Positions 45,258-55,116 are shown, counted from the stretch's first letter. The stretch is 64,000 nt of DNA from Patescibacteria group bacterium (GCA_040390725.1 JAZJXT010000001.1:6896-70895); one strand, 5' to 3'. Numbers and translations are program-made. Notes: generated by a model from the sequence alone, not told the origin.

Positions 45258-46004
45258 TTGTTATATATGATTCTATTTTTTATAGCAATAGCGACTGCTT
45301 TATCTACTTTTTTTGGCGGGTTGTTTGCTCTTAAGTTTAAAGATAAAACACATTTAATAGTTGGTTTTTCGGCTGGTGCTGTGATAGGTGTGGCGTTTTT
45401 TGATTTACTTCCGGAGGCACTTGAGCTTAGTTCTTCTTATGTTATTTCAATAGTCACTGGAGTCGTAGCTCTGGGTTTTGTTACATATTTAATTTTAGAC
45501 AGAATGTTGGGTTTGCATGCTCACACTGAAAGCATTTGTGAAGATGAAGAAAATCACGTCCATGAACATATGCACAGGGGAATATTGCGAGCGAGCAGTT
45601 TGTCAGTGCATAGCTTTTTGGACGGGCTTGGTATAGGGTTGGCATTTAAAGTTTCTCCGGCACTTGGCGTCGTCGTTGCCGTAGCAGTACTCGCTCATGA
45701 TTTTTCCGATGGTATAAACACTGTGACTGCTATTTTTAAATCCGGCGGAAATAAAGCTCGCGCATTCAAATGGCTTTTAGTTGATGCAATTACTCCGGTT
45801 TTGGGAATTATTTTTTCTTTATTTATTACAGTTAAAGAATCAACCCTAGGTTTGATTCTCGCTCTTTTTGCCGGTTTCTTTTTTTACATTGGCGCTTCTG
45901 ACCTGGTGCCCGAGAGTTATCACGCACACCCTACAAAATGGACAACCATTGCCACTGTTTTAGGAATAGCGTTTATTTTTGTCGTTATAAATTTAGCGCA
46001 ATAA
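45258..46004 (+). CDS. ZIP-family (ZupT-like) metal transporter
   Basis: HxHxH loop and LAHDFSDGIN motif; eight predicted transmembrane helices. Confidence 0.78.
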   Translation: MLYMILFFIAIATALSTFFGGLFALKFKDKTHLIVGFSAGAVIGVAFFDLLPEALELSSSYVISIVTGVVALGFVTYLILDRMLGLHAHTESICEDEENHVHEHMHRGILRASSLSVHSFLDGLGIGLAFKVSPALGVVVAVAVLAHDFSDGINTVTAIFKSGGNKARAFKWLLVDAITPVLGIIFSLFITVKESTLGLILALFAGFFFYIGASDLVPESYHAHPTKWTTIATVLGIAFIFVVINLAQ

Positions 46005-46014
46005 TAAATAAATT

Positions 46015-46278
46015 TTACTTTTCTATTTCTTTAGTTTCTAAAGTTTTTAAAACATATTTACTGATAAAAACTATTAGCATTGTTAAAATAATTGCGTATA
46101 AAAACTTTGCTGTTATGGAATTTTGATTGAGAGGGAAAAGGTATTCGATCGATGAGCGGATGGCATCATTCCAAGCTAGACCCACCACCAACCCAAGTGC
46201 TGTCAAAATATACCCGAAAGTTTGTCTTTGTATATCTCTATTTACTTTTGCAATTTTTTTGATTACCTCTTCTTTCAT
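46015..46278 (-). CDS. small membrane protein (87 aa)
   Basis: ORF with two hydrophobic helices. Confidence 0.4.
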   Translation of the reverse strand: MKEEVIKKIAKVNRDIQRQTFGYILTALGLVVGLAWNDAIRSSIEYLFPLNQNSITAKFLYAIILTMLIVFISKYVLKTLETKEIEK

Positions 46279-46420
46279 TGGTTTATTATAGCATTTTTAG
46301 TGTTTAATTTTAGTTTGACAAGTAGAATTATTTACATTAGTATGCTGTTTAGATTTATAACCTTTGTTCGGTTAAAAAATCCCGCAAATTCTCGAATTTT
46401 TAACTTTTTAAAACTGAATA

Positions 46421-48040
46421 ATGAAAGCAAAAACTTTAGTTAAGACACAGCCCTTTAAGGTTGTGTTAAATGGAGGCAGTGACATAATGGAATCTGCAAC
46501 CATTCCGGTGACTTTTTTCTTTGATGATTCTATCATTGAAAAAGAACCGCATTTTATCCTAGTGATTGAGCAGAGTGAAAAAGAATCAAAGCTCGATGAT
46601 GGCAATGCTCCTACTCAAGGGCATAGGCAAATCGTGAAAGTTGAAGATGGAGTAATCCATATTCAATTTTTGTCATCCGGATGGCATAGGATTGTTTTTA
46701 TTGTGGTGGGTGATATTGATTCCGACACAAGAAAAAAATTCCTTAAAAAAGTTGATCGTAAAAATTATGATTACAATTTGCCATGGCAAGACATGACTTC
46801 GACTTCGTTGTCTGAAAAGTGGTCTAATTATCATTTTCTAACTTCTACTGTTGCAGAACCAGAGGTGCCTAAAGAATTATTCTCTAAAAAAGGAGGTGGC
46901 ACGGTTCTCGGAAAAGCTTTTTATGATTACGTAAATCGTTGGTACGAAGTTGAAACCAAAGATCCATGCAAGCTAAGAAGAAGAATACCGTTTACTCTTT
47001 TTGTCCAAACGCCATTGATACTTTTAGGCAGAATTTTTACTTTTATTGCAGCCTCGATCATTTTTTTATTTCTTTTTATTTGCCGTGTTGTAATGTCTTT
47101 TCTTGGATTTATGCCTGCAGGACTTACTGATACAAACAAGGTTTTATGGAGAGATTTATTTTGGCGAGGAATGCTGAAAAGCTCAGAAAAAATCGAAAAT
47201 GTTTGCAAGTTTCCATTTGATTTGGAAAATTACAGGAGATTTACTAATGAAAAAAGACATTCTAATTTGGAATATGTTCCGACTACTCCGCTTGAACTGT
47301 CCATTATTGGCGGTTTAATTTATTTCTTAGTTTATGACTTTAAGAATATAAACTGGCTGGAGTGGGGATGGTGGATTCCGGAATGTTGTGGTATTGTTAT
47401 GTTTCTTTCAAGTATAGTAAGTCGTATTCTAAAAATGAAAAACGAAGCAAGATGGGGTACTCGAGTTATCGGCACGGGTATTCTTTTCGCCTTGTGGTTT
47501 CTGATGTGGTTTGTTCTCAATACCTGGAAACCAACTCTTTGGTTCTTTGGTAAGATTGGAGAATTTTTTGGTTATATTTGGGAGGCTCTTTTTTCAGCCA
47601 CTTATCGTGTTCCTCAAATAGACACACACCAAGTTGTTCAATCTTTTGATTTTCCTTGGATGAATGTTTTACTGGTTCTTTTTTCAGTTGTTTTGATCGT
47701 TTCTGTATTTAAAAAATACAGTTTATGGGAGAAGCTTACTCAGGCATGGAATAAATGGCTCGAGCAGATGAAGGAAAAAAATGCCTTAATAAGGATCGAA
47801 AGACAGAAAACTCTTGATGCTAAAAATAAATTAAAGAGAGAAGCAAGAGAGGAAAGAAAAAGAAGACAGAATACAACTTATAAGGAATGGCTTTCAGGGT
47901 TTCATATTAAGAATGCTACCGAAAAAGTTGAACTTTCCAAGATTCCGGTTCCAATGGAAACAACAAGACAAGTTGTGCAAAAATTTAAAGTTGCATTTTG
48001 GTTCACAAAGGCTCGCATTTGCAAGCCTTATGAGGAGTAA
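46421..48040 (+). CDS. hypothetical integral membrane protein (539 aa)
   Basis: N-terminal soluble domain, multiple transmembrane helices, and a C-terminal Lys/Arg/Glu-rich coiled coil. Confidence 0.55.
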   Translation: MKAKTLVKTQPFKVVLNGGSDIMESATIPVTFFFDDSIIEKEPHFILVIEQSEKESKLDDGNAPTQGHRQIVKVEDGVIHIQFLSSGWHRIVFIVVGDIDSDTRKKFLKKVDRKNYDYNLPWQDMTSTSLSEKWSNYHFLTSTVAEPEVPKELFSKKGGGTVLGKAFYDYVNRWYEVETKDPCKLRRRIPFTLFVQTPLILLGRIFTFIAASIIFLFLFICRVVMSFLGFMPAGLTDTNKVLWRDLFWRGMLKSSEKIENVCKFPFDLENYRRFTNEKRHSNLEYVPTTPLELSIIGGLIYFLVYDFKNINWLEWGWWIPECCGIVMFLSSIVSRILKMKNEARWGTRVIGTGILFALWFLMWFVLNTWKPTLWFFGKIGEFFGYIWEALFSATYRVPQIDTHQVVQSFDFPWMNVLLVLFSVVLIVSVFKKYSLWEKLTQAWNKWLEQMKEKNALIRIERQKTLDAKNKLKREAREERKRRQNTTYKEWLSGFHIKNATEKVELSKIPVPMETTRQVVQKFKVAFWFTKARICKPYEE

Positions 48041-48118
48041 TTGATTTGATACCGTTGTGATTTTCGAAAGGAAACGCACGGTATTTTTTTTTGCCTATTT
48101 ATTTGTTATACTTGCACA

Positions 48119-49267
48119 ATGCACGAAGAGTTATATAAAAAAGCGTTGGAGATGCATGCGAAATATCACGGCAAGATAGAGACTGTGAGCAAAGCAAAGC
48201 TCGATTCTTTGGATACTCTTTCGTGGGCATATACTCCGGGAGTGGCGGAAGTTTGCAGGGAAATAGTTCGTGATCCTAGCCTCGCACGTGAGTATACTTT
48301 GAAAAGAAATACTGTGGCTATCGTTACTGACGGCTCAGCTGTTTTGGGCTTGGGGAATCTTGGCGCTCTTGCATCAATACCGGTGATGGAAGGCAAGGCT
48401 GCTATTTTTAAAGAATTCGCCGGCGTGGACGCATTTCCAATTTGCTTGGATACGCAAGACATAGAAGAAATTATAAAAGCTGTAAAACAAATTGCTCCTG
48501 TTTTCGGCGGGATAAATTTAGAAGATATTTCCGCGCCGAGGTGTTTTGAAATTGAAGAAAGATTGAGGAAGGAATTAAATATTCCCGTAATGCATGATGA
48601 CCAGTGGGGTGCGGCGACTGTCGCCCTCGCGGGGATGATAAATTCTTTAAAACTTTCCGGACTGGAAAAAGAAAATGCACGTGTGGTGATAAATGGCGTC
48701 GGAGCGGCGGGTGTCGCTACTGCGAGATTATTTTTCGCATATGGAGTTAAAAATATTATTTTCTGCGACAGGCATGGCATCATTCACCATGGCGAAGAAG
48801 GGCTGACAATTCAGAAAAAAGAATTATTGGAAAAAAGTTCTTGGGCGCATGAGGCAGGCACATTGGCTGATGCGGTAAAAGGCGCAAATGTTTTCATTGG
48901 CCTTTCTGTGCCGAATGTTTTGACGGGGGAGATGGTGCGCACTATGGCGGACAAGCCGATAATTTTCGCACTTGCAAACCCTACACCTGAAATAATGCCT
49001 GACGAGGCGCGTGAGGCTGGCGCATTTATAGTCGCCACCGGGAGGAGTGATTTCCCGAATCAATTAAATAATTCTCTCGTTTTCCCCGGTGCATTCAAGG
49101 GTATGCTTGAAAATAATATATCGCAATTTAAAACTGAAATGTTTTTGGATATTGCCGAAGCTTTGGCGAACTCTGTTACTGACCTATCTCCGCAGAAAAT
49201 TTTGCCTTCTATGTTTGATAAAGAAGTGGTGAAAATTGTTTCAGAAGTTGTGAAGAAATTTAAATAA
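48119..49267 (+). CDS. NAD(P)-dependent malic enzyme (small form)
   Basis: YTPGVAEVC and VTDGSAVLGLGNLG malic-enzyme motifs, plus the Rossmann GVGAAG. Confidence 0.9.
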   Translation: MHEELYKKALEMHAKYHGKIETVSKAKLDSLDTLSWAYTPGVAEVCREIVRDPSLAREYTLKRNTVAIVTDGSAVLGLGNLGALASIPVMEGKAAIFKEFAGVDAFPICLDTQDIEEIIKAVKQIAPVFGGINLEDISAPRCFEIEERLRKELNIPVMHDDQWGAATVALAGMINSLKLSGLEKENARVVINGVGAAGVATARLFFAYGVKNIIFCDRHGIIHHGEEGLTIQKKELLEKSSWAHEAGTLADAVKGANVFIGLSVPNVLTGEMVRTMADKPIIFALANPTPEIMPDEAREAGAFIVATGRSDFPNQLNNSLVFPGAFKGMLENNISQFKTEMFLDIAEALANSVTDLSPQKILPSMFDKEVVKIVSEVVKKFK

Positions 49268-49444
49268 AATGTGCTGGCGGAAGCGGTGAGAATTTCTCCC
49301 TCGACTAAATTTTTTGTCGTCACAAAAAATTTGTCTGGTCACCGACTCATGGATTTTTTCTATTGAAAAAATCACATTCCGTCGTTCTCATCTCACTCAA
49401 AAGCCAAGCAGTTGGCTTTCTCGCTTCCGCAGTTTTTCACTGCG

Positions 49445-49529
49445 TTTAAAACTGCGGAAGCGGTGAGATTCGAACTCACGGTCCGGTTAGGGACGACGGT
49501 TTAGTAAACCGTTGATTTAAGCCACTCAT
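49445..49529 (-). tRNA. type II (long variable arm) Ser-like tRNA; anticodon loop reads UUACUAA (anticodon ACU if canonical)
   Basis: Folded by hand: acceptor GGAAGCG/CGCTTCC, discriminator G, 3-bp D stem, anticodon stem ACGGT/ACCGT, 16-nt variable arm, T arm GTGAG-TTCGAAT-CTCAC. No CCA is encoded. Confidence 0.65.
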
Positions 49530-49934
49530 CCACGCTTCCAATATACAGTTGTCAGGATTCCGCGGATGAGTGGCTCTCTCGCTTTGCTCGCGGGTGAAAG
49601 CAAAGTAGTTTGCTTTCACCCCATCTCATCCACGCTTCCAATACTTAATTTTTTTCGGATTTTTAAACTTAAAAATCCGATTGCGGGACACTCGAGTTAA
49701 GTACCCACGCGTTCAACTACCGTAAGGGTATTCTAGCATATTTTATGGTGGCAAAACTAGGCACTCGGGTCGCTAGGCGGTTTTTCAAAATGAGACAAAT
49801 GAGACACTAAATGTGTTTTTTGTGTTTGTGTCTCATTTTTGTCTAGGCAAAAACTTACCCACTTAATTATTTGACTATAATATCTTTTATTTGTTATCAT
49901 TAAACTATTATAATTTTAAAAAAAGTTAATAATC

Positions 49935-50137
49935 TCCTCCCAGAGTCGATTTAGGGACCATCTTCATTAAGACCGGAGGTGCGCTATCAGGGGTCGGGGA
50001 TCCCTGCCAGGTAGGTATCATTGGGAAGCTACCATTTCATCTTACATTCAATTGATCAATCAATCCATGTAGGTTGCGATGGTAGCATTCTAGAGCTTCT
50101 TCGCAAACTGCAATTCGTAAGAGTGCAGTTTTTTTTA
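49935..50137 (+). ncRNA. Candidate structured small RNA, GC-rich for this genome, ending in a hairpin plus T8 terminator
   Basis: Stems cctcc/ggagg, caggg/ccctg, gctaccat/atggtagc; terminal ctgca...tgcag followed by tttttttt at 50108-50137. Confidence 0.25.
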
Positions 50138-50159
50138 TTACTAATTTTCTAATAAATGT

Positions 50160-51485
50160 ATGAAACATGAAAACATAAAAATTGTTGAAGTTCCAATCAA
50201 TGAACTTCGAGAGTCGGAATATAATCCTCGCCAGCATTCCAAAGAGCAGAGTGACCAGCTCAAAGAATCAATTAAAAGATTTGGTCTAGTCGATCCCATA
50301 ATATGCAATGATGCGTCAGGTCGTGAGAATGTAATTATCGGCGGACATTTCAGAGCTGAAGTGGCGAAAGAAATGGGCATGGCAACTGTGCCGGTGGTGT
50401 ATGTAAAAGTTGAAGAGTTAGAAAAAGAAAAAGAGTTAAACATTCGTCTTAATAAAAACCAAGGTGAATTTGACCTAGATCTTTTGGCTAGTTTTGATGA
50501 ATCTTTTTTGTCTGATATTGGATTCGATTCAGAAGAAATTGATGAAATTTTTTTAGAAGATGCAATCGAAGAGCAGTTTGATTTAACCAAAGAGTTAGAC
50601 AAACTAGACATTAAAAGTATTTCGGTAAAGAAAGGAGATGTCTATGAAATTAATGGGTCGAGGTTGTGCTGTGGGGATTCAACCATTGAGGCAGACGTAC
50701 TAAGGTTAATGGGAGAAGAAAAAGCAGACATGGTATTTACTGATCCACCATATATTCTCGACTATCTTCACGGAAAAACAAGGAAAGGAAAAGCTACTGA
50801 AGGTTTTGGTTCAAAAAAGAACAGAAGGTATCTTGAAACAGAATCTCTGCCTGATAATTTTACAGATCTTTGGATGGCTAATGTTGCCAAAGTTCAGAAA
50901 CCCGATTTCTCTATTATTGTTTTTGAGAATCCAAAAAATCTTAGAATTATTTGGAATGAGTTAGAAAAATATTGGAAATACAGAAATACAATTACATGGC
51001 ATGTTCCAAACCGTGTCCAAGGATTTTCAGCAAAATATAAATTGTTTAATAAACATGATATTGCTGTGGTTGGAACTGGCGGAAATGTTGCATTAAACCT
51101 TGAGGAAGAAGATGAGTTGTTTCAAAATGAATATGAAAATGCCATTCTTGCAACGTCGGGCAAGCCACATTGGGAAGGTTATGGAAAAAATAAAAAATAT
51201 TGCCCAACTGATTTTATAGAACACATTGCCGCTGATGAAAAAAGTTCAGGTCAAGGGATTATTTTTGGAACTAAACCGTTAGAACTACTTATTCCGTACA
51301 TTAAGGTGTTAACAAAGAGAAATGACTTAATTTTGGAGCCATTTGGTGGATCCGGAAGTACTTTAATTGCAAGCATTAAAATGGGTCGAAGGTGTTTTCT
51401 GATGGAAAAATCGACTGTATATACTCAGGTTATTCTGAAACGCTGGGAGAAAGAAACTAATCAAAAAGCGATAAAAATAAAATGA
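50160..51485 (+). CDS. ParB-like nuclease domain fused to a DNA methyltransferase (N4-C/N6-A class, DPPY motif); no restriction endonuclease is evident nearby
   Basis: N-terminal IIGGHFRAEVA (ParB/Srx) motif; FTDPPYIL motif IV; C-terminal AdoMet-binding EPFGGSGST. Confidence 0.8.
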   Translation: MKHENIKIVEVPINELRESEYNPRQHSKEQSDQLKESIKRFGLVDPIICNDASGRENVIIGGHFRAEVAKEMGMATVPVVYVKVEELEKEKELNIRLNKNQGEFDLDLLASFDESFLSDIGFDSEEIDEIFLEDAIEEQFDLTKELDKLDIKSISVKKGDVYEINGSRLCCGDSTIEADVLRLMGEEKADMVFTDPPYILDYLHGKTRKGKATEGFGSKKNRRYLETESLPDNFTDLWMANVAKVQKPDFSIIVFENPKNLRIIWNELEKYWKYRNTITWHVPNRVQGFSAKYKLFNKHDIAVVGTGGNVALNLEEEDELFQNEYENAILATSGKPHWEGYGKNKKYCPTDFIEHIAADEKSSGQGIIFGTKPLELLIPYIKVLTKRNDLILEPFGGSGSTLIASIKMGRRCFLMEKSTVYTQVILKRWEKETNQKAIKIK

Positions 51486-51946
51486 GAGATATAGAAGACA
51501 AAAAGAGACTCATAGAAATACTTTCTGAGGTTCCATATATTATATATGCTTGCAAAAAAATTGGTATTGCAAGAGCCACTTTTTACCGTTGGTGCTCGGA
51601 AGATGAAGACTTTCACCAAGCTGTTTTAAAGGCTATGAAGTATAGCAGACAGGATGAATCAGAAAAGATAGAAATGAAAATGGCAAAAAGAGCCAAAGAA
51701 GGAGATTTTAATTCTGGAAAATTTTTCCTTGAACATAATGATGACAGATATAGGAAATACAAGCCAGAAAGAAATCCATATGATTTTGACCCGGTGCCTC
51801 TTTTAGAGTATTGTATTCCATACTTGGAATTTATGTTTGGACCGAATTTTGATCACAGTGCGATGCTTAAAAAAATTGAAACGATTGATATATCAGATCC
51901 AGAAGATAATCCGTCAAAGAAAAGCCTAAGATATGAAGTAAAGTAA
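51482..51946 (+). CDS. HTH protein resembling a phage terminase small subunit N-terminus
   Basis: ACKKIGIARATFYRWCSED HTH; overlaps the methyltransferase stop by 4 nt. Confidence 0.45.
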   Translation: MRDIEDKKRLIEILSEVPYIIYACKKIGIARATFYRWCSEDEDFHQAVLKAMKYSRQDESEKIEMKMAKRAKEGDFNSGKFFLEHNDDRYRKYKPERNPYDFDPVPLLEYCIPYLEFMFGPNFDHSAMLKKIETIDISDPEDNPSKKSLRYEVK

Positions 51947-51953
51947 AATATCT

Positions 51954-52646
51954 TTAATTGTTGCCAACTTTTCTAATTAGGTCAGCAATTTCGTAAGAAT
52001 CTTTAATGGCTTGCTGGTCTTTTTTAGAGAGGGTTATATCTTTTAATCCTGACCCACCAGTAAATCTGACTTTAATAATTGCGTCACCGCTTTCCGCAAT
52101 AGCTTTTATTATTCCATTATCTCTACCATTTGTATAAAGAATTTTTTCCCATACACTACCGCTTCCATTGTTCTCAAGGTTATTAGGATCAGATATTGAA
52201 ATATTTTCGGTTTCATAAACAGTGTCACCAATTTTAACTTGAACTCTAGTATGGAAAATCCAATCTTCACCAAAGTAATTACTTTCAAGGCATAAATTAC
52301 CGTCTGACCCTACTGTCACTGATAAATAATTTCTGTTATATGAGTTATCTGTTGTTTGATTTTTATGTATATACAAACCATCTTTTTCAAATTCATCATA
52401 GTCATAGTTGAAATTTCTTTTTAGGATTTCAAGTCTTTCCTTGTATGCTTTTAAAGTTGCAGGATCTAGTGGAGCAGAGTGTTGTAGAATTTTATTTTCA
52501 CTCAATGTCTGATTTCTTAGAGATATGGTTTTACGAATTATAGGTACGAGAATGAATATGAATAAAATAATTATAATTATGTAATATTTCTTTAAAAAGT
52601 TTTTCATTTTAGTTTTTTTGTTCGATACGTTTATTTTTTCGACCAA
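51954..52646 (-). CDS. hypothetical membrane-anchored protein (230 aa)
   Basis: ORF with an N-terminal transmembrane helix. Confidence 0.5.
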   Translation of the reverse strand: MVEKINVSNKKTKMKNFLKKYYIIIIILFIFILVPIIRKTISLRNQTLSENKILQHSAPLDPATLKAYKERLEILKRNFNYDYDEFEKDGLYIHKNQTTDNSYNRNYLSVTVGSDGNLCLESNYFGEDWIFHTRVQVKIGDTVYETENISISDPNNLENNGSGSVWEKILYTNGRDNGIIKAIAESGDAIIKVRFTGGSGLKDITLSKKDQQAIKDSYEIADLIRKVGNN

Positions 52647-52803
52647 GATAAACTAATACATATGCTCCTTCAATTATCATAGGCAAACCTACGAGCAATG
52701 CTTGACCCATTTCTTTGCCATTACTTTCTGTTAAAAGCGGAAGTGATTCCAAAACCCCTATAATTAATATTAAGATAGACCAGACCTGTAAAAATCTTTT
52801 CAT
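52609..52803 (-). CDS. small membrane protein (about 65 aa; the ORF-track N-terminal extension was rejected)
   Basis: MKRFLQVWSILILIIGVL transmembrane helix. The upstream part of the track ORF overlaps a hairpin-rich intergenic region. Confidence 0.35.
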   Translation of the reverse strand: MKRFLQVWSILILIIGVLESLPLLTESNGKEMGQALLVGLPMIIEGAYVLVYLGRKNKRIEQKN

Positions 52804-53132
52804 ATTTTTTCTATTGCGTTTTATTAGTAAGCCCTTGAGTAGGACGCAAAAAGCCCACCACAGGTAGAGACCGAAGTCTCTCGTATCCGTTTCCAGATAC
52901 GGCGTATGAAGCACCCCATGATGGGTTCTTTATGCTTCATACGACTTTTGACCATATCCTTTGGAAATCCAAAGGGGTTAGGTCTTCTATTAATTTGTCT
53001 AATAATTCTAGCACATTTTTAGTGCTTTTGGCATCCTAGCTTAGATCAAAGGATTTGTGTAGTCGAGTTATCAACAGTTAGTAAATACAAGTAAACTCAC
53101 TTTAATTGTAATTTTTATTATATAATTTAAAT

Positions 53133-53576
53133 ATGATAATCAGATTATTAAAAAAGAAAGATATAAAAAGCGCATCTGTTATTGCTCGATTAAATTATTC
53201 CAAAAAAGAAGAAAAGCTTGCAAAGATAGAGTTAAAAGAAATGTTTACAAAAGGACCATTTCGACCTGTATTTTATGTTGCCGAAGAACAAGGAAAAATA
53301 TTTGGCTTTGCCGGATATGCTCAAGCGTGGATGGAATACAGTGTATATCAAATCTTTTGGGTGAATGTTGCTCCCAACGAAAAAGGTAAAGGCGTAGGCA
53401 AAGCTCTTATATCAAAAGTCATTACTGAAATAAAAAAGAAGAAAAATGCAGACTTGATTTTAATCAGTGCCGACGAAAATGCAAAAAATCACGAATACTA
53501 CAAAAAGCATTTCGGATTTAAAACTTTGGATTTATTTAACAAAAAAAGATATCATTTGATGTCGCTTAAGGTTTAA
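53133..53576 (+). CDS. GNAT-family N-acetyltransferase
   Basis: FWVNVAPNEKGKGVGKALI acetyl-CoA-binding motif. Confidence 0.75.
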   Translation: MIIRLLKKKDIKSASVIARLNYSKKEEKLAKIELKEMFTKGPFRPVFYVAEEQGKIFGFAGYAQAWMEYSVYQIFWVNVAPNEKGKGVGKALISKVITEIKKKKNADLILISADENAKNHEYYKKHFGFKTLDLFNKKRYHLMSLKV

Positions 53577-53611
53577 TTACAAATACCTATTAATTATGCT
53601 ATTATCTTAAT

Positions 53612-55105
53612 ATGAAAGAATGGGCGCCACAGCTTAAATACCGAAAGGAAGACACAGAACCAAAGCCTAACTTCGGCGTGCTAGCTTCCCCGGAGGGGGG
53701 GGCAACAATAAAGAATTTGAAGGAGAAAAATGAAGCGCTGGAAGCTCTTATTAAGGAAGCTATTGTGAAACTTATACCCATACTTGAAAAACATAATCCT
53801 GATAAATTTGGTACTGGATTTATTACTAAATACTTAAGGTATAATTATAATAAGCTAGTAAAAAATCTTCCTGGGAATAAGGAAAATAAAACGGACTGGA
53901 TGCCATTTGACAGTCAGTTGCCAAAGAAATGGCAAGAAAGGTTTTATCTTCCGGAAAAAAGGTTAAAATTTTTTGCGGCTAAAATTGTTTCAATTTTAGA
54001 AAAAGAAAAGCCAGAATTTTTTACTCCGGGTTCAATAAAAAAAATGGATCCAAGTATCTATATGATATTGACACAGATGCTACCGAGGGATGAAGAAGAT
54101 AATATTGACTATAAACCCTTTGAAGAAGAATTACCGGAGGAATGGAAAAACAAATTTGAATATGGGAATATTTCTTTTCCGTATGTTGTCTTGAAATTTG
54201 TTTTATTACTTGAAAAAGAAAAACCTGAAGAGTTTAATGTGACTTATATAAGAGATTACGCACCTGACATTTATGGCATGCTAGATCGGATTTTGCCAAA
54301 AAATCAAAAAGGTGAGCCTGATTGGTTATACTTTAAAAGCCAATTGCCGGAAAAATGGCAAGAAAGGTTTACATATGAGGAAAAAAAACGTTTATCTTTC
54401 GAAGAATGTGTTTCAAAAGTAGTTGAAAAGTTAAACGAAAAAAAGCCGGAGCAATTTGGACCTATTTGGATTAAAGAAAATTGCGGGGATATTGTATATA
54501 ATGAACTGCGTAGAATTTTACCAAGAAAGGATAACCAAGATGACCAAATTGATTGGCAACCCTTTCTTGATAAGTTACCTAAGGAGTGGCTAGCAAAGTG
54601 GAAACATAAAAAAGATCCATATTACAAGCATCTAAAAGAGTTCCCGAGTAAGAAAGAATTAAGGCAGATATTATTAAAATACAAAAATTATGGAGATGCA
54701 CATGAAAATAAACTTTATGTTTTGCCTTATTATCCGAATCTTTCAAAAGATGACAGGATAATTGCCAATAAAATTGTAGGGGAAATAATAAAGTTGGCAC
54801 AGAAAGGCAGTAGTGCCGCACGAGAAATGCTCGAGTTAGACTTAAATTTTGTCTGTGAGGAATGGATACAAAAATACCCCGGATACCCTTTTGAATTGAA
54901 GCCGTGGAAGGATAAACCGGAACAGTTAAAGAAACTTATACGGGGCTGTATTTATAATTATCAGAATAAGGGATCATTCTTTTCATACTTGTTTACGGCT
55001 TTAAAAATGGGCAGACCAACTTCAATTAAAATGGTAGAATTTGATGAGGGCTACATGAAAAAATTAAATGATTCAATGATGGAAGGGTTTGAGGATCAGT
55101 TATAA
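53612..55105 (+). CDS. hypothetical protein with 3.5 tandem roughly 70-aa repeats (DWxPFxxxLPxxWxxxF...LEKEKPExF)
   Basis: The repeats are visible in the translation. A G8 homopolymer lies at 53695-53702 near the 5' end. Confidence 0.6.
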   Translation: MKEWAPQLKYRKEDTEPKPNFGVLASPEGGATIKNLKEKNEALEALIKEAIVKLIPILEKHNPDKFGTGFITKYLRYNYNKLVKNLPGNKENKTDWMPFDSQLPKKWQERFYLPEKRLKFFAAKIVSILEKEKPEFFTPGSIKKMDPSIYMILTQMLPRDEEDNIDYKPFEEELPEEWKNKFEYGNISFPYVVLKFVLLLEKEKPEEFNVTYIRDYAPDIYGMLDRILPKNQKGEPDWLYFKSQLPEKWQERFTYEEKKRLSFEECVSKVVEKLNEKKPEQFGPIWIKENCGDIVYNELRRILPRKDNQDDQIDWQPFLDKLPKEWLAKWKHKKDPYYKHLKEFPSKKELRQILLKYKNYGDAHENKLYVLPYYPNLSKDDRIIANKIVGEIIKLAQKGSSAAREMLELDLNFVCEEWIQKYPGYPFELKPWKDKPEQLKKLIRGCIYNYQNKGSFFSYLFTALKMGRPTSIKMVEFDEGYMKKLNDSMMEGFEDQL

Positions 55106-55116
55106 GATTTATTATT

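Noticed and set aside
52804-52914. Upstream 37 codons of ORF 52609-52914.
   Set aside because: They run through a hairpin-dense, GC-rich intergenic segment with no coding character. An internal ATG at 52803 gives a compact transmembrane protein.
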